From positions 1-63,176 of the forward strand of contig JAVKSM010000002.1 of the NCBI GenBank assembly GCA_039583705.1: DNA of 63,176 nucleotides, in the 5' to 3' direction. Origin of the DNA: Pseudonocardiaceae bacterium (lineage in GTDB: Bacteria; Actinomycetota; Actinomycetes; Mycobacteriales; Pseudonocardiaceae). Positions within the stretch are counted from its first letter, which is position 1, and every line of letters starts with the position of its first letter. Made by a program: the position numbers and the translations under genes. The notes beneath the pieces were generated by a model. That model did not search any database. It was not told where the DNA came from and saw only the letters and a program-made list of their open reading frames with translations. This document shows, in pieces, positions 53,410-63,112 of this stretch.

Positions 53410-54459
53410 GTGGGACGCGCGCTGGTCACCGCCGAGGTCTCCGATGCCGGGCTGGCCCGGCTCGCGCGGCTGGGCTACCAGGTCCACCGGGCCGGTTGGG
53501 GTGCCACCGGCCAGACGCTGCGGCCAGCCGAGCTGCTCGCGGCGGCGGCGGGCGCCGAGCTGCTCGTCACCGAGGTCGAGCCCGTCGACGCGGCTGTGCT
53601 GGAGGTCTGCCCGGGACTGCGGGCCGTCGCCGCCGCCCGCGGCACACCGTCGAATGTGGACGTCACGGCGTGCACGGACCGCGGCGTGCCGGTGCTGCAC
53701 GCACCGGGCCGCAACGCTGCGTCGGTCGCCGACTTCACCCTCGGGCTGATCCTGGCGGTGGCCCGGCGGATCGTGGCGGGGGCCGAGCACCTGCGTCGGC
53801 AGGGCTGGCACGTGGTCTCCGCCGACGGCGTCGTCGAGCTGCCCTACTTGCACTTCCGGGGCCCGGAGCTGGCCGGTCGGGCCCTCGGGCTCATCGGCTA
53901 CGGCGCCGTCGGCCAAGCGGTGGCTCGGCGTGCCGCGGCCGGCTTCGGGATGCGGGTGGTGTACTGCGACCCCAACGTCGCGGGCTCGCTCCCGCTGGAG
54001 GAGCTGCTGGGGGCCGTCGACGTCGTCAGCCTGCACTGCCCGCGCGGCCCCGAGACCGAACGGCTGATCCGGTACGACACGCTCGCGCTGATGCGGCCGG
54101 GTACGGTGCTCGTCAACACCGCTGGCGGGGCCTGCGCGGACGGGCTGGACGTGCTGGGCGCACTGCGGTCCGGACAGCTCGCCGGCGCTGCGCTGGACGT
54201 CTTCGCGACCGAGCCGCTGCCGGCTGACGACCCGCTGCGGGCCGGCGTCGAGGAGGGCCTGAACCTGCTGCTCACCCCGCACCTGGCCGGCGCGGCCGAC
54301 GACGTCGTCGCCCACCACAGCGACATGCTGTGCGCCGACATCGAGGCGCTGCACGCCGGACACCCGCCCCGGTACTGCGCCAACCCGTCCGTGCTGTCGG
54401 CCGCTCACCTGGCGGAGGGCGCAGCTACCCGGGACGCGCGGCTAGGCTCGCCGCCGTGA
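53410..54459 (+). CDS. D-isomer-specific 2-hydroxyacid dehydrogenase family protein
   Basis: '[16 protein letters not shown]' NAD motif, 'LVNTAGG' and '[10 protein letters not shown]'. Confidence 0.85.
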   Translation: MGRALVTAEVSDAGLARLARLGYQVHRAGWGATGQTLRPAELLAAAAGAELLVTEVEPVDAAVLEVCPGLRAVAAARGTPSNVDVTACTDRGVPVLHAPGRNAASVADFTLGLILAVARRIVAGAEHLRRQGWHVVSADGVVELPYLHFRGPELAGRALGLIGYGAVGQAVARRAAAGFGMRVVYCDPNVAGSLPLEELLGAVDVVSLHCPRGPETERLIRYDTLALMRPGTVLVNTAGGACADGLDVLGALRSGQLAGAALDVFATEPLPADDPLRAGVEEGLNLLLTPHLAGAADDVVAHHSDMLCADIEALHAGHPPRYCANPSVLSAAHLAEGAATRDARLGSPP

Positions 54460-55082
54460 CCGGCGCCTTGGTGTGGATCGACTGCGAGATGACGGGCCTC
54501 AACCTGGGCTCGGATGCGCTCATCGAGATCGCGGCCCTGGTCACCGACGCCGAACTGCAGGTGCTCGGCGACGGGGTCGACCTCGTCATCCACACCGACG
54601 ACGAGGTGCTCGCGGCCATGCCGGAGGTGGTCCGCGAGATGCACGACCGCTCCGGCCTCACCGAGGAGGTGCGGTCCTCGGCGGTCACGCTGACGCAGGC
54701 CGAGCAACGGGTGCTCGACTACGTCCGCCGATGGGTGCCGGAGACGCGCAGCGCCCCCCTGGCGGGCAACTCGGTGGCCACCGACCGTGCGTTCATCGCC
54801 CGTGACATGCCCGAGCTCGACGCTCACCTGCACTACCGGATCGTTGACGTCAGCTCGATCAAGGAGCTGTGCCGGCGGTGGTACCCGCGGATCTACTACG
54901 CGCAGCCCGAGAAGGGTCTGGCGCACCGGGCGCTGGCCGACGTCCGGGAGTCCATCAGAGAGTTGGAGTACTACCGGCGGACGGCCTTCGTCCCACCGCC
55001 CGGGCCGAGCACCGAGCAGGCCCAGCGGGCAGCGGCAGAGGTGCTCGGCCCGTGGCGACCGGAGACGCGGGCGGGTGCCTGA
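54456..55082 (+). CDS. orn: oligoribonuclease
   Basis: '[11 protein letters not shown]' (Exo I), '[13 protein letters not shown]' (Exo II) and '[11 protein letters not shown]' (Exo III). Confidence 0.9.
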   Translation: MTGALVWIDCEMTGLNLGSDALIEIAALVTDAELQVLGDGVDLVIHTDDEVLAAMPEVVREMHDRSGLTEEVRSSAVTLTQAEQRVLDYVRRWVPETRSAPLAGNSVATDRAFIARDMPELDAHLHYRIVDVSSIKELCRRWYPRIYYAQPEKGLAHRALADVRESIRELEYYRRTAFVPPPGPSTEQAQRAAAEVLGPWRPETRAGA

Positions 55083-55130
55083 GCGGGTCGGGTACGATCG
55101 TTCCCGGTCCGACGCTTGGCGCCGAGACAT

Positions 55131-55204
55131 GGTGGGTGTAGCTCAGCTGGTAGAGCACTGGGTTGTGGTCCCAGGTGTCGCGGGTTCAAATCCCGTCACT
55201 CACC
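55131..55204 (+). tRNA. tRNA-His (anticodon GUG)
   Basis: Cloverleaf with the extra G-1 paired to C73, anticodon loop UUGUGGU and T-loop GGTTCAAATCC. Confidence 0.9.
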
Positions 55205-55212
55205 CCGATGAC

Positions 55213-55254
55213 GCCACGGCGCCCGCGCCGAACCCCTGCGCCGGGCGCCGTGGC
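55213..55254 (+). terminator. 13-bp perfect stem hairpin downstream of tRNA-His
   Basis: GCCACGGCGCCCG (55213-55225) pairs with CGGGCGCCGTGGC (55242-55254). No U-tract, so its function as a terminator is uncertain. Confidence 0.35.
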
Positions 55255-55406
55255 CAGTGGAGGACGCGCCACACCCGAGGACACGACCGTCCGCTGTGGT
55301 CTTCGGGATCCGAGCACCCGCGGTTCGGACCGGCCCGCGCCCCGGCCGGCCAGGGGCTGTCGACGCTGTGTTACCGTGGCGTCGCTGTCGCGCACGGTCC
55401 GCGCAG

Positions 55407-55482
<76 letters not shown>

Positions 55483-55540
55483 TCACCGCAGGTCAACGGC
55501 TTACATGGACAGTCTGCTATCCTCCCGAGAGATCGAACTT

Positions 55541-55560
55541 GACGGAAACTAGACGGAAAC
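55541..55560 (+). repeat. GACGGAAAC direct repeat (x2, 2-nt spacer) just upstream of the integrase gene
   Basis: GACGGAAAC-TA-GACGGAAAC at 55541-55560, in the AT-richer spacer between tRNA-Lys and int. Confidence 0.6.
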
Positions 55561-55579
55561 CTCCTTCCGAGGAGTCGTC

Positions 55580-56809
55580 ATGGCTCGTCCGCCGCTCGCT
55601 CTCGGGCACCATGGAACGGTCAAGCTCTCCCGTGAGGACGGGCAGTGGGTGGCTCGCTGCCGGGTCCGCGACCTCGATGGCGTGACCCGCCGTGTCGCAC
55701 GCTGGGGATCCTCACGGGCAGCGGCGCAGCGTGCCTTGCAAGACGAGCTGCGCCAGCGCCGCGGTGAGCGCACCGAACCGCTCCGGCCGCACTCCCGGTT
55801 CAGCGACGCCGCGGCCATATGGATGGAGAAGATCAGAGAGCGGCGAGAAGACTCCACCGCCGACACTTACCGACACTGGCTTGAACACGTCGTGCTCCCC
55901 CAGCTCGGCGCGCTGCGCCTCGCCGAGTGCGACGTCGTCCAGCTCGATGCCTTCTTCACCCGCCTGGAACGCGCTCGACGCGCTGTCGAGCGCGAGGACG
56001 GCTCAACCTCCGAGGTGGTCCGCTATGCGGCGAACACCCGACGCACCATTCGCGCCATCGTGGCCGGCGTCCTGCAGCAGGCCGTGCTCCACCAAGCCCT
56101 CGCAGCCAACCCGGTCCGCGAGCTGGAGCGCATCGAGTCCCCCAGGAGCCACCGCAGGGCCCCGCCCCGTGGGTTGACCGCCGAAGAGCGGCACCGGCTG
56201 CTCGCCTTCATCGACACTGACAAGGTTGCTATCGGCGCCGACCTACCCGACCTGATCCGCTTGGGCATCGGCTCCGGGCTGCGCATCGGTGAGCTGTGCG
56301 CGGTGCGCTGGCTCGACCTCAACCTGAAGGGCATCCCCGTCGTCAGCGAGCACGACATGCGCTTGGTGCCGGTGGTGGCAGTGCGGCAGAACGTCTACCC
56401 CGTCAAGGGCAAGGGTCTGGTCGTGCATGGCGGCAAGACCGCCACGGCGCTGCGCATTGTCCCCCTCCCCGAGTTCGTCATCACCCGGTTGCGCGTGCGG
56501 TGGCACGGCGACGAGAACCCGGAATGGCCGGTGTTCGCCGCCGCAGGCCGCGACGGACAACCCACTTACCGCTGGCCCTCCAACGTCCGGCGCAGCGTGC
56601 GTGCGGTCCGCGAGCAGGTGTGCCTGGAGTGGATGACCCCGCACACCTGGCGACGCACCTACGCCACCATCCTTGACGACGAGATGAGCTTGACCGACCG
56701 CGTCAAGGCCGACCTCATGGGCCAGGCAAAATTCCTCAAAGACACCTACGTCAGCCGTGGGGAGCTTCACCCCGACGCCGCGGTGTTTCTCGACGCGGCA
56801 TTGCGTTAA
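55580..56809 (+). mobile_element. tyrosine-type site-specific recombinase (phage/ICE integrase) next to tRNA-Lys
   Basis: 409 aa. 'GLRIGELCAVRW' (box I Arg) and 'TPHTWRRTYATIL' (HxxR), with a C-terminal Tyr in 'KDTYVSRG'. Starts 98 nt after the tRNA. Confidence 0.85.
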
Positions 56810-56818
56810 CATACCCGC

Positions 56819-57136
56819 TTGGCCAAGCAGTCCGGACTCGACGTGGTACGCGAGCTCGTCGGGCGGCTGTTCGACGACCTGTTGCTTGCCGCGCCGCGGC
56901 TGGGAGCCGGGTTGGACTGGAAGACCAGTCTGCAGGAGCTCACCGCGGCCTCCGGCCTGGGCGTGCCGGAGTACCGGGTGGTGGAGAAGGGCCCCGACCA
57001 CCTCAAGGAGTTCACCGCAATGGTCCTGGTCGCCGGGCGGCGACTCGGCACCGGTGACGGGCGGACCAAGAAGGAAGCCGAGCAGAAGGCCGCCCGGATC
57101 GCCTGGGAGTCATGGCGGGAGATGAGGGTGGCGTAG
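56819..57136 (+). pseudogene. rnc: C-terminal fragment of ribonuclease III (end of catalytic domain + dsRBD only)
   Basis: '[70 protein letters not shown]' is a typical RNase III dsRBD. The catalytic N-terminal ~130 aa are absent. Confidence 0.7.
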
Positions 57137-57408
57137 TCAGCCAGCCACGATGGGTGAACCTCTGGCCAGCTACGATTCGACCCAACAACGATCGCGGCCA
57201 CTCCGAAGCACCCCGCCGGTCTGGAAGCTACGCCACGTCCACGCTCCTCGCATCGGGTCTCCTCCTACGTCAAGACCTTCTAATCCGTAGTGGCGACGCC
57301 CCCATGCTCATACCCGGCACCATGGGATTCATCGGGCTCTGTACCCGCGAAACTGGGCTTCCCAGGCAACGAGGTGCACCAGTTCGTGGACCAGACTGTG
57401 GACTGAGA

Positions 57409-58272
57409 TCAACCGGGCCTGCGCGCACAGCGCGACGCTGGTTCGGCGCGCTGAGACCAGGAGAACACCCCGCGCACCGCGGTGCGCGCATCGCCGCCGA
57501 CATCCAGCAGCTCCAACCGCCGCTGCTCATCACCCAACTCGCCCACCAGGTGGGCCAGGCTGGTGGCCGGGCGGGACGCGGCGAGCTCGGCGGCCACCCG
57601 CAACGCCAACGGCAGCCGGGCGCACAGCTGCGCGAGCGTGGCGGCGGCCTCGGGTTCGGCCCGCACCCGCTCCCCGATCAGCGCGCCAGCAGGGCGACCG
57701 CATCGGCGTGCGGCAGCAGGTCCAGGTCCAGGCGGCGGGCGCCGTGGCGGCCCACCAACCCCGCCAGCGAGTTCCGGCTGCTCACCACCACCACGCTCGA
57801 CGCCGTGCCGGGCAGCAGCGGGCGGATCTGCTCCACCGAGGAGGCGTTGTCCAACACCACCAGGATCCGCCGCCCAGCCAGCAGGCTGCGGTAGGCGGCA
57901 GCGCGTTCCTCCACCTCCAGCGGGATGGCTTGGCCGGCCACCCCCACGCGTGCAGGAACCCGCCAGCGCATCGGCCGCCGACAGCGGTTGGTGTACACCC
58001 GCTGGTCCGCCCCGACGAGCCGCCGCTGGCGCCTGGGCTCGACGTCGCCAGCGTCGTCATCAACACAGCGACGGGCCTGCCGCAGTGAGCTGCAGCAGCA
58101 GCGGGAGCTCGTCCTCCTCGACCCGCGGCCCGCCGAGCAGCCCATCATCGACCAACCGGCGCACCGCCGCGCGCAGCTCCTCCTCAGTTACCGCTCCCCG
58201 GGCGCCTGTGCGGCGCGCTCGTTGAACCAGAGCAGGAAGGCCCTGGCACAGGGCGGCCTTGCGGGGGTCCAT
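57409..58272 (-). pseudogene. NB-ARC/AfsR-SARP-type STAND ATPase, frameshifted debris
   Basis: 'YRSLLAGRRILVVLDNASSVEQIRPLLPGTASSVVVVSSRNSLAGL' and 'LCARLPLALRVAAELAA' lie in different frames. No P-loop is found, and there are at least two frame changes. Confidence 0.6.
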
Positions 58273-58537
58273 GCCCCAGAACGCTACTGTGCTGCCCCGA
58301 CGGTCTCAGTCCGCCGCGGCCGGATTACCGGCGCGACGTGGTAAGCCGCTGTATCACGTAGCGACTGAAGCGAGTTGCATCGGGTGCGACAACTCGCGCT
58401 CTGCTCGCCAGCCGGCGGGTCAGACGGCCACTGTGACGCCCGAGACGCTCCAAAGCCGAAACGGAAGGACAACGATCGGAGCCGCTGGCCGGGCGTCCTG
58501 ACCCGTGCTCGGGCGGTCAGCGAGGCTCGTGCCGCGA

Positions 58538-59689
58538 TCACGGACCGACGGAGAGCCGCTGAAACACCGGACGACAGGTCGTACCCCAGTTACGGCAGAT
58601 GGTATCGAATCCATTGTTTCCGTCGTACAGGCTTCCGGCGCCGTCGGTTGTTGTTACCCAGCGAGATAGACCGACGGCTGACTGGAGGTATCTGTAGTCA
58701 GTGTAGAGCCCGTAGTCCCTGCCACCGATGTCGAGGTCAACGTAGTTGTCGACGAGAATCTCCTCGTCCGTGAAGATATGTCCCTCGCCCGGGGCGGGGG
58801 CGGCTATTACCATGCCTACGGATACACGGAAGCTATAAAGTGCCGAGCCGTTGTGTAGATGGATCCGAAGACGCCAGGTTCCGTCTGGGAAAACTGACAA
58901 GTGCTCGTTTCCTGAAACGGAGACACCATGAAGGCCTACATCCGGGAAGGTGAGCGCATTGACATCGTATTGGAGCATGTGCACCAGCGTGTAGGTATCA
59001 CCTGGAGTCGAGTAAATCCAGCCGCCTTCAAAGTTGGTTGTAGTAGGGAAGTTATGAGCGTGCGGAGTCACGTCCGATATCGGGAATCCCAGCCATCCCG
59101 ATTCGAGGCCTTCCGCCTGGTACTTGATGAATGTGTCGCCGTAGACGATGTGAGTTCCCCGTGTAGGGTGGGAAACGATGACCGCGTTTTGGAAGATGGC
59201 GAGCTGGCCCGTCCCCGTGGTGGAGTCATGGATGTCACTAGTCGGGAAGCCGGCCTGCCAATTTCCTCCCGTGTCGTTATCCCTCCACTTGGAGAAGAAC
59301 TCACCCCACAGAGCGTGGGCCCCCGTGCCAGAGGTCCAGAGAATGACACCATTCGCAAAATCCTCTTGCATACCACCGTGGTCCTCGACGTACGGGAGGT
59401 CAACAGGGCAGCCGAGCGGAGAGTACTGGGACGTAGGGTGTCGAGAACCTGCGCTGGCGACGTATTCGTTCAAAATTGGCCCAGCGTGCATCACTATTCC
59501 GCAGTCCGTTTCATTCTGGGCGGGACCGGGCACGCAGACAATTCCAAAACCCGTGCGCCTGCAGTCGTCGGCGTGAGCTTGAGAGGCATTCCCCACCGTG
59601 ATGGCAGCACTGAACATAACGATGAGGAGCATCACCACCCAACCGGGACGCAACCGCGTGCCCACCCAACGCAATCGCCTGATATCCAT
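58538..59689 (-). CDS. secreted LGFP-repeat protein, paralogue 1 (383 aa)
   Basis: The signal peptide ends 'ASQAHA-DD'. It has three LGFP-type repeats ('PLGCP', 'QAGFPTSD', 'GWLGFPISD') and then a ~170-aa C-terminal domain ending in a Cys pair (CRNWGTTC). AT-richer than its surroundings. Confidence 0.75.
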   Translation of the reverse strand: MDIRRLRWVGTRLRPGWVVMLLIVMFSAAITVGNASQAHADDCRRTGFGIVCVPGPAQNETDCGIVMHAGPILNEYVASAGSRHPTSQYSPLGCPVDLPYVEDHGGMQEDFANGVILWTSGTGAHALWGEFFSKWRDNDTGGNWQAGFPTSDIHDSTTGTGQLAIFQNAVIVSHPTRGTHIVYGDTFIKYQAEGLESGWLGFPISDVTPHAHNFPTTTNFEGGWIYSTPGDTYTLVHMLQYDVNALTFPDVGLHGVSVSGNEHLSVFPDGTWRLRIHLHNGSALYSFRVSVGMVIAAPAPGEGHIFTDEEILVDNYVDLDIGGRDYGLYTDYRYLQSAVGLSRWVTTTDGAGSLYDGNNGFDTICRNWGTTCRPVFQRLSVGP

Positions 59690-59697
59690 GTGACTTC
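59081..59697. repeat. ~0.6-kb direct repeat, copy A (5' half of LGFP paralogue 1)
   Basis: Near-identical to 60275-60891. Identity stops about 8 nt upstream of the start codons and decays after the 'GWLGFP' codons. Confidence 0.85.
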
Positions 59698-59764
59698 ACG
59701 ATCCAATCAATGTTGGTTGCTGTACGGCCTGGACTAAGCGCCCATTAGTTGCAACTCGGCAGGA

Positions 59765-60883
59765 TCAGTAATTGAAATTAGGATTTCCATCAAGTGGAGT
59801 AAGAACCTTGAAGCAAGATTTCCTCCAATTGGCACAGGCCGACATTCCGGGGCCGATTGAGCCGCCATCCGATTCCGAGGTAGCTGAGGTGATCAGAGTA
59901 GTCGGTGCCTGGATATCGATATAATTGTCCTCGATAATTTCATCGCGACCCCAAAAATCGAAGTCCCCATTTTCTCCAAAACCATCCGAGGCGAATACCA
60001 GGCCAATCTCTGACGCAGTGCTGGAAAGCACGAAAGAGGCAGCTGGCACGCTGTCGTAGCCGTAGAAGTGGCCCCAGAAGTGGTAGGTCCCGTCCGGCGT
60101 CACCGTCAGATGCATATTCCCTCCTCCCCCATCGCCGACACTGAGGGTATCCCGATCGAAGTGCAGGGAGTATTGCAGCGTGTAGGCCCCCCTTTTCGCG
60201 TCCCAATAGATCTGCGATCTTTCGAACTCGACATACTTTGTCTTCCCGTCAGCCACGGTCACCACATCTGTCAACGGAAACCCTAGCCACCCCGATTCGA
60301 GGCCTTCCGCCTGGTACTTGACGAAAACGTCGCCGTAGACGATGTGAGTTCCCCGTGTAGGGTGGGAAATGATGACCGCGGTTTGGAAGTTGGCGAGCTG
60401 GCCCGTCCCCGTGGTGGAGTCATGGATGTCACTAGTCGGGAAGCCGGCCTGCCAATTTCCTCCCGTGTCGTTATCCCTCCACTTGGAGAAGAACTCACCC
60501 CACAGAGCGTGGGCCCCCGTGCCAGAGGTCCAGAGAATGACACCATTCGCAAAATCCTCTTGCATACCACCGTGGTCCTCGACGTACGGGAGGTCAACAG
60601 GGCAGCCGAGCGGAGAGTACTGGGACGTAGGGTGTCGAGAACCTGCGCTGGCGACGTATTCGTTCAAAATTGGCCCAGCGTGCATCACTATTCCGCAGTC
60701 CGTTTCATTCTGGGCGGGACCGGGCACGCAGACAATTCCAAAACCCGTGCGCCTGCAGTCGTCGGCGTGAGCTTGAGAGGCATTCCCCACCGTGATGGCA
60801 GCACTGAACATAACGATGAGGAGCATCACCACCCAACCGGGACGCAACCGCGTGCCCACCCAACGCAATCGACTGATATTCAT
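59765..60883 (-). CDS. secreted LGFP-repeat protein, paralogue 2 (372 aa)
   Basis: The first ~165 aa are identical to paralogue 1 except for 2 residues. The C-terminal domain is diverged but collinear ('HLTVTPDGTYHF', 'IEDNYIDI', 'CANWRKSC'). Confidence 0.75.
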   Translation of the reverse strand: MNISRLRWVGTRLRPGWVVMLLIVMFSAAITVGNASQAHADDCRRTGFGIVCVPGPAQNETDCGIVMHAGPILNEYVASAGSRHPTSQYSPLGCPVDLPYVEDHGGMQEDFANGVILWTSGTGAHALWGEFFSKWRDNDTGGNWQAGFPTSDIHDSTTGTGQLANFQTAVIISHPTRGTHIVYGDVFVKYQAEGLESGWLGFPLTDVVTVADGKTKYVEFERSQIYWDAKRGAYTLQYSLHFDRDTLSVGDGGGGNMHLTVTPDGTYHFWGHFYGYDSVPAASFVLSSTASEIGLVFASDGFGENGDFDFWGRDEIIEDNYIDIQAPTTLITSATSESDGGSIGPGMSACANWRKSCFKVLTPLDGNPNFNY

Positions 60884-60891
60884 GTGACCTT
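60275..60891. repeat. ~0.6-kb direct repeat, copy B (5' half of LGFP paralogue 2)
   Basis: See copy A. The offset between the copies is 1,194 bp. Confidence 0.85.
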
Positions 60892-61289
60892 CTTCCTAAC
60901 TAAGGCCGAAATTGGTTTGTACCCACCCAAGAACCCATGTTCGTCTGCGTAGAGCACCGTCGCGCGCGATGGCTTATCGACTATCGGGTAGCGTCGAAAG
61001 CGGTCCGCCACGGCGCGACGTCGCTGACGCGATGTCCGATGCACAGCGTGTACACATTTCTGCGCCTTCTCATCTGCTCCTGGTAGAGAGAAGACTAGAC
61101 ACGGCAGGCGTGGTGACGCCTCGGCAGGAACACCCATTCTCAGCTGGCAGGCCTGCGGGGCGATGGGTAGTTGTACCCACGGTCAGGCCAGGCCATGTCG
61201 CCGGCACGAACCGAGCACTCGACGCCGATCGCAACATCCGCGCCCGTCCCATGTCTAATTATGGCCTGTACCGCTCCAGTCGGCGCCTA

Positions 61290-61440
61290 TCGCGACGGAG
61301 CTGGCCAGTTCCTTCTTCTCCGCGCTCGTCAGGCGTGTCTCGCTGCCAGCCTCGTCGGCGTCGGCCTGGGTCATCCAGTTCCGCAGGCACGAGTCGGAGA
61401 TGCCTAGATCCTTGGCCAACTCGTTGTGCGCAGCCTCAGG
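61290..61440 (-). mobile_element. IS3-family transposase OrfA remnant
   Basis: 'ELAKDLGISDSCLRNWMTQADADEAGSETRLTSAEKKEL' is the IS3/IS911 OrfA HTH region. 'QLRRDRRRLER' continues in another frame, and no OrfB follows. Confidence 0.55.
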
Positions 61441-63112
61441 CCAGACCGTGGTCGAAGGCGAAGGCGGTCGCCGCGGTCCGGGTCGCCACACCGAGCTTGC
61501 TGAGGATGTTGCTCACGTGCCGGTCGACCGTGCGCTCACTCAGAACCAGACGAGCCGCGATGGCACGGTTGGTACGGCCGGTGGCGACGAGCCCGAGCAC
61601 CTGCGCCTCCCGCGAACTCAACCCCCCCGGCAGGCCGATCCGCTGGTGCGCTCCGGTCCCTGGCTCGACGGTGGTGTTCCGCAACGCCGCCAGAGCTGCC
61701 TCGGCCGCCGCCCGGTGCGCGGTGGCCGCCTCCTGGTCTCCCAGCGCCGCGCAGGCGCGTCCGAGCAGGAATCGAGCTTGCGCGGCCTCGTAGGGCGCCT
61801 GCAGCGACGTCCAACAACCCCAGGCATCACGCAGCGCGACCCCGGCGTCGGCGGCGTCCCCGCCAGCGAGGGCAACCGCACCGCTGGCATGCCGCGCCGC
61901 GGCCCGCAAACCCTGGGCGGGCCAGCGGGCCGCTAACTCGGCCAGCTCCCGGGCGGCCTCGGCGGCCTCGGCGGCCTCGGCGGGCTCGTCCGCCGCGAGG
62001 AACACCTCCACAGCGGCGGGAAGCAGATGAGCTCGCCGCAGCGGATCCTCGGCCACCGCTACGGCGCGCCGCAGGGCCGCCAGCGCGACCTGGCCACGGT
62101 GCTGCTGCAGGTGCAATCGGGCGAGGCCGGGCATCGGGTCGTGGCCATCCCGCTGCGCGGTGAGGTATGCCCGCTCGGCCTCGTCGGTCCGGCCCAACCG
62201 CTGCAGCGCCTCACCCTGCTGGTAAGCCGCCGCCGCCGCGGCGGCGGCGTGCCCGTCCCGCTCGGCGCACCGCGCGGCCGAGCGGGCCTCCAGCAAGGAA
62301 TCGTGCCAATGCCCGCGCCGGAGCAGCACCTCCGCCCGGTGGACCAGGCACTGCCCGCTGAACGGCACCAGCTCCGGCTGCTCGTCACACCAAGCCGACA
62401 GCGCCGCCGTCCATTCCGCGGCCCGATCGAACGCACCGACCTCCTGGCACCCGTCGACAACGCTGCACGCCACGTTCCCCGTCAACACCGGCGACCTCAA
62501 CCCCGCCGGAAGCACCTCGACGAAAACCTCGTCGAGCAACGCAAGCCCGTCGTGGAGCCGCTCCAAACGCAGCAGCGCGCGGCCCTGACTGTGCCGAGCA
62601 AAGGCAACGAGGTCACCCTCGTCATGCCGTCGACCGATCTCCTCGACCGACCGCGCCACCTCGAACGTGTCCTGGTAGCGGCCGGCCGCATAGTGCGCAC
62701 GGGCCACCGGCAGAAGCAGATACCCCCGCTCAGCGCAGTCATCCTCCCCGGACTGCTGCAGCAGCCGCGCCGCACGACCCAGCCAACCACCCGCCGCCGC
62801 CGGTGCGCCCCTCCCGGCAAGTGTCAGACCGATCCAGAACGCCGCGCGAGCCGCCGCACGCGCCGCACCCTCCCCCACATGCGCGTGAAACGCCCGCTCA
62901 TACGCCCCCACACAACCCGCCGGATCACCACTGAGAAAAGCCGCCTCCGCCAGCATCGCGAGATCCTCGGGACCGAGCCCACCGGCGGCGTCGGCGGCAC
63001 GCAGAGCCTGCACCGCCTGCTGCCACGCGCGGCCCCGATGAGCTACTCGCCCCGCGTTGCGGAGCTCGTCCACCGCCGTCACCCCCCGCGCACCACAGAA
63101 AACGCACAACAT
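61436..63112 (-). CDS. TPR-rich LuxR-family transcriptional regulator
   Basis: C-terminal 'LSSREAQVLGLVATGRTNRAIAARLVLSERTVDRHVSNILSKLGV'. The long Ala/Leu-rich helical-repeat N-terminus has no P-loop. Confidence 0.8.
   Translation of the reverse strand: MLCVFCGARGVTAVDELRNAGRVAHRGRAWQQAVQALRAADAAGGLGPEDLAMLAEAAFLSGDPAGCVGAYERAFHAHVGEGAARAAARAAFWIGLTLAGRGAPAAAGGWLGRAARLLQQSGEDDCAERGYLLLPVARAHYAAGRYQDTFEVARSVEEIGRRHDEGDLVAFARHSQGRALLRLERLHDGLALLDEVFVEVLPAGLRSPVLTGNVACSVVDGCQEVGAFDRAAEWTAALSAWCDEQPELVPFSGQCLVHRAEVLLRRGHWHDSLLEARSAARCAERDGHAAAAAAAAYQQGEALQRLGRTDEAERAYLTAQRDGHDPMPGLARLHLQQHRGQVALAALRRAVAVAEDPLRRAHLLPAAVEVFLAADEPAEAAEAAEAARELAELAARWPAQGLRAAARHASGAVALAGGDAADAGVALRDAWGCWTSLQAPYEAAQARFLLGRACAALGDQEAATAHRAAAEAALAALRNTTVEPGTGAHQRIGLPGGLSSREAQVLGLVATGRTNRAIAARLVLSERTVDRHVSNILSKLGVATRTAATAFAFDHGLA

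Noticed and set aside
61255-61491. 78-aa ORF as an intact transposase OrfA gene
   Set aside because: Its 5' third is antisense overlap with the LuxR 3' end, and its 3' end leaves the IS3 reading frame. Only the central HTH segment is homologous-looking, so it is reported as a remnant.
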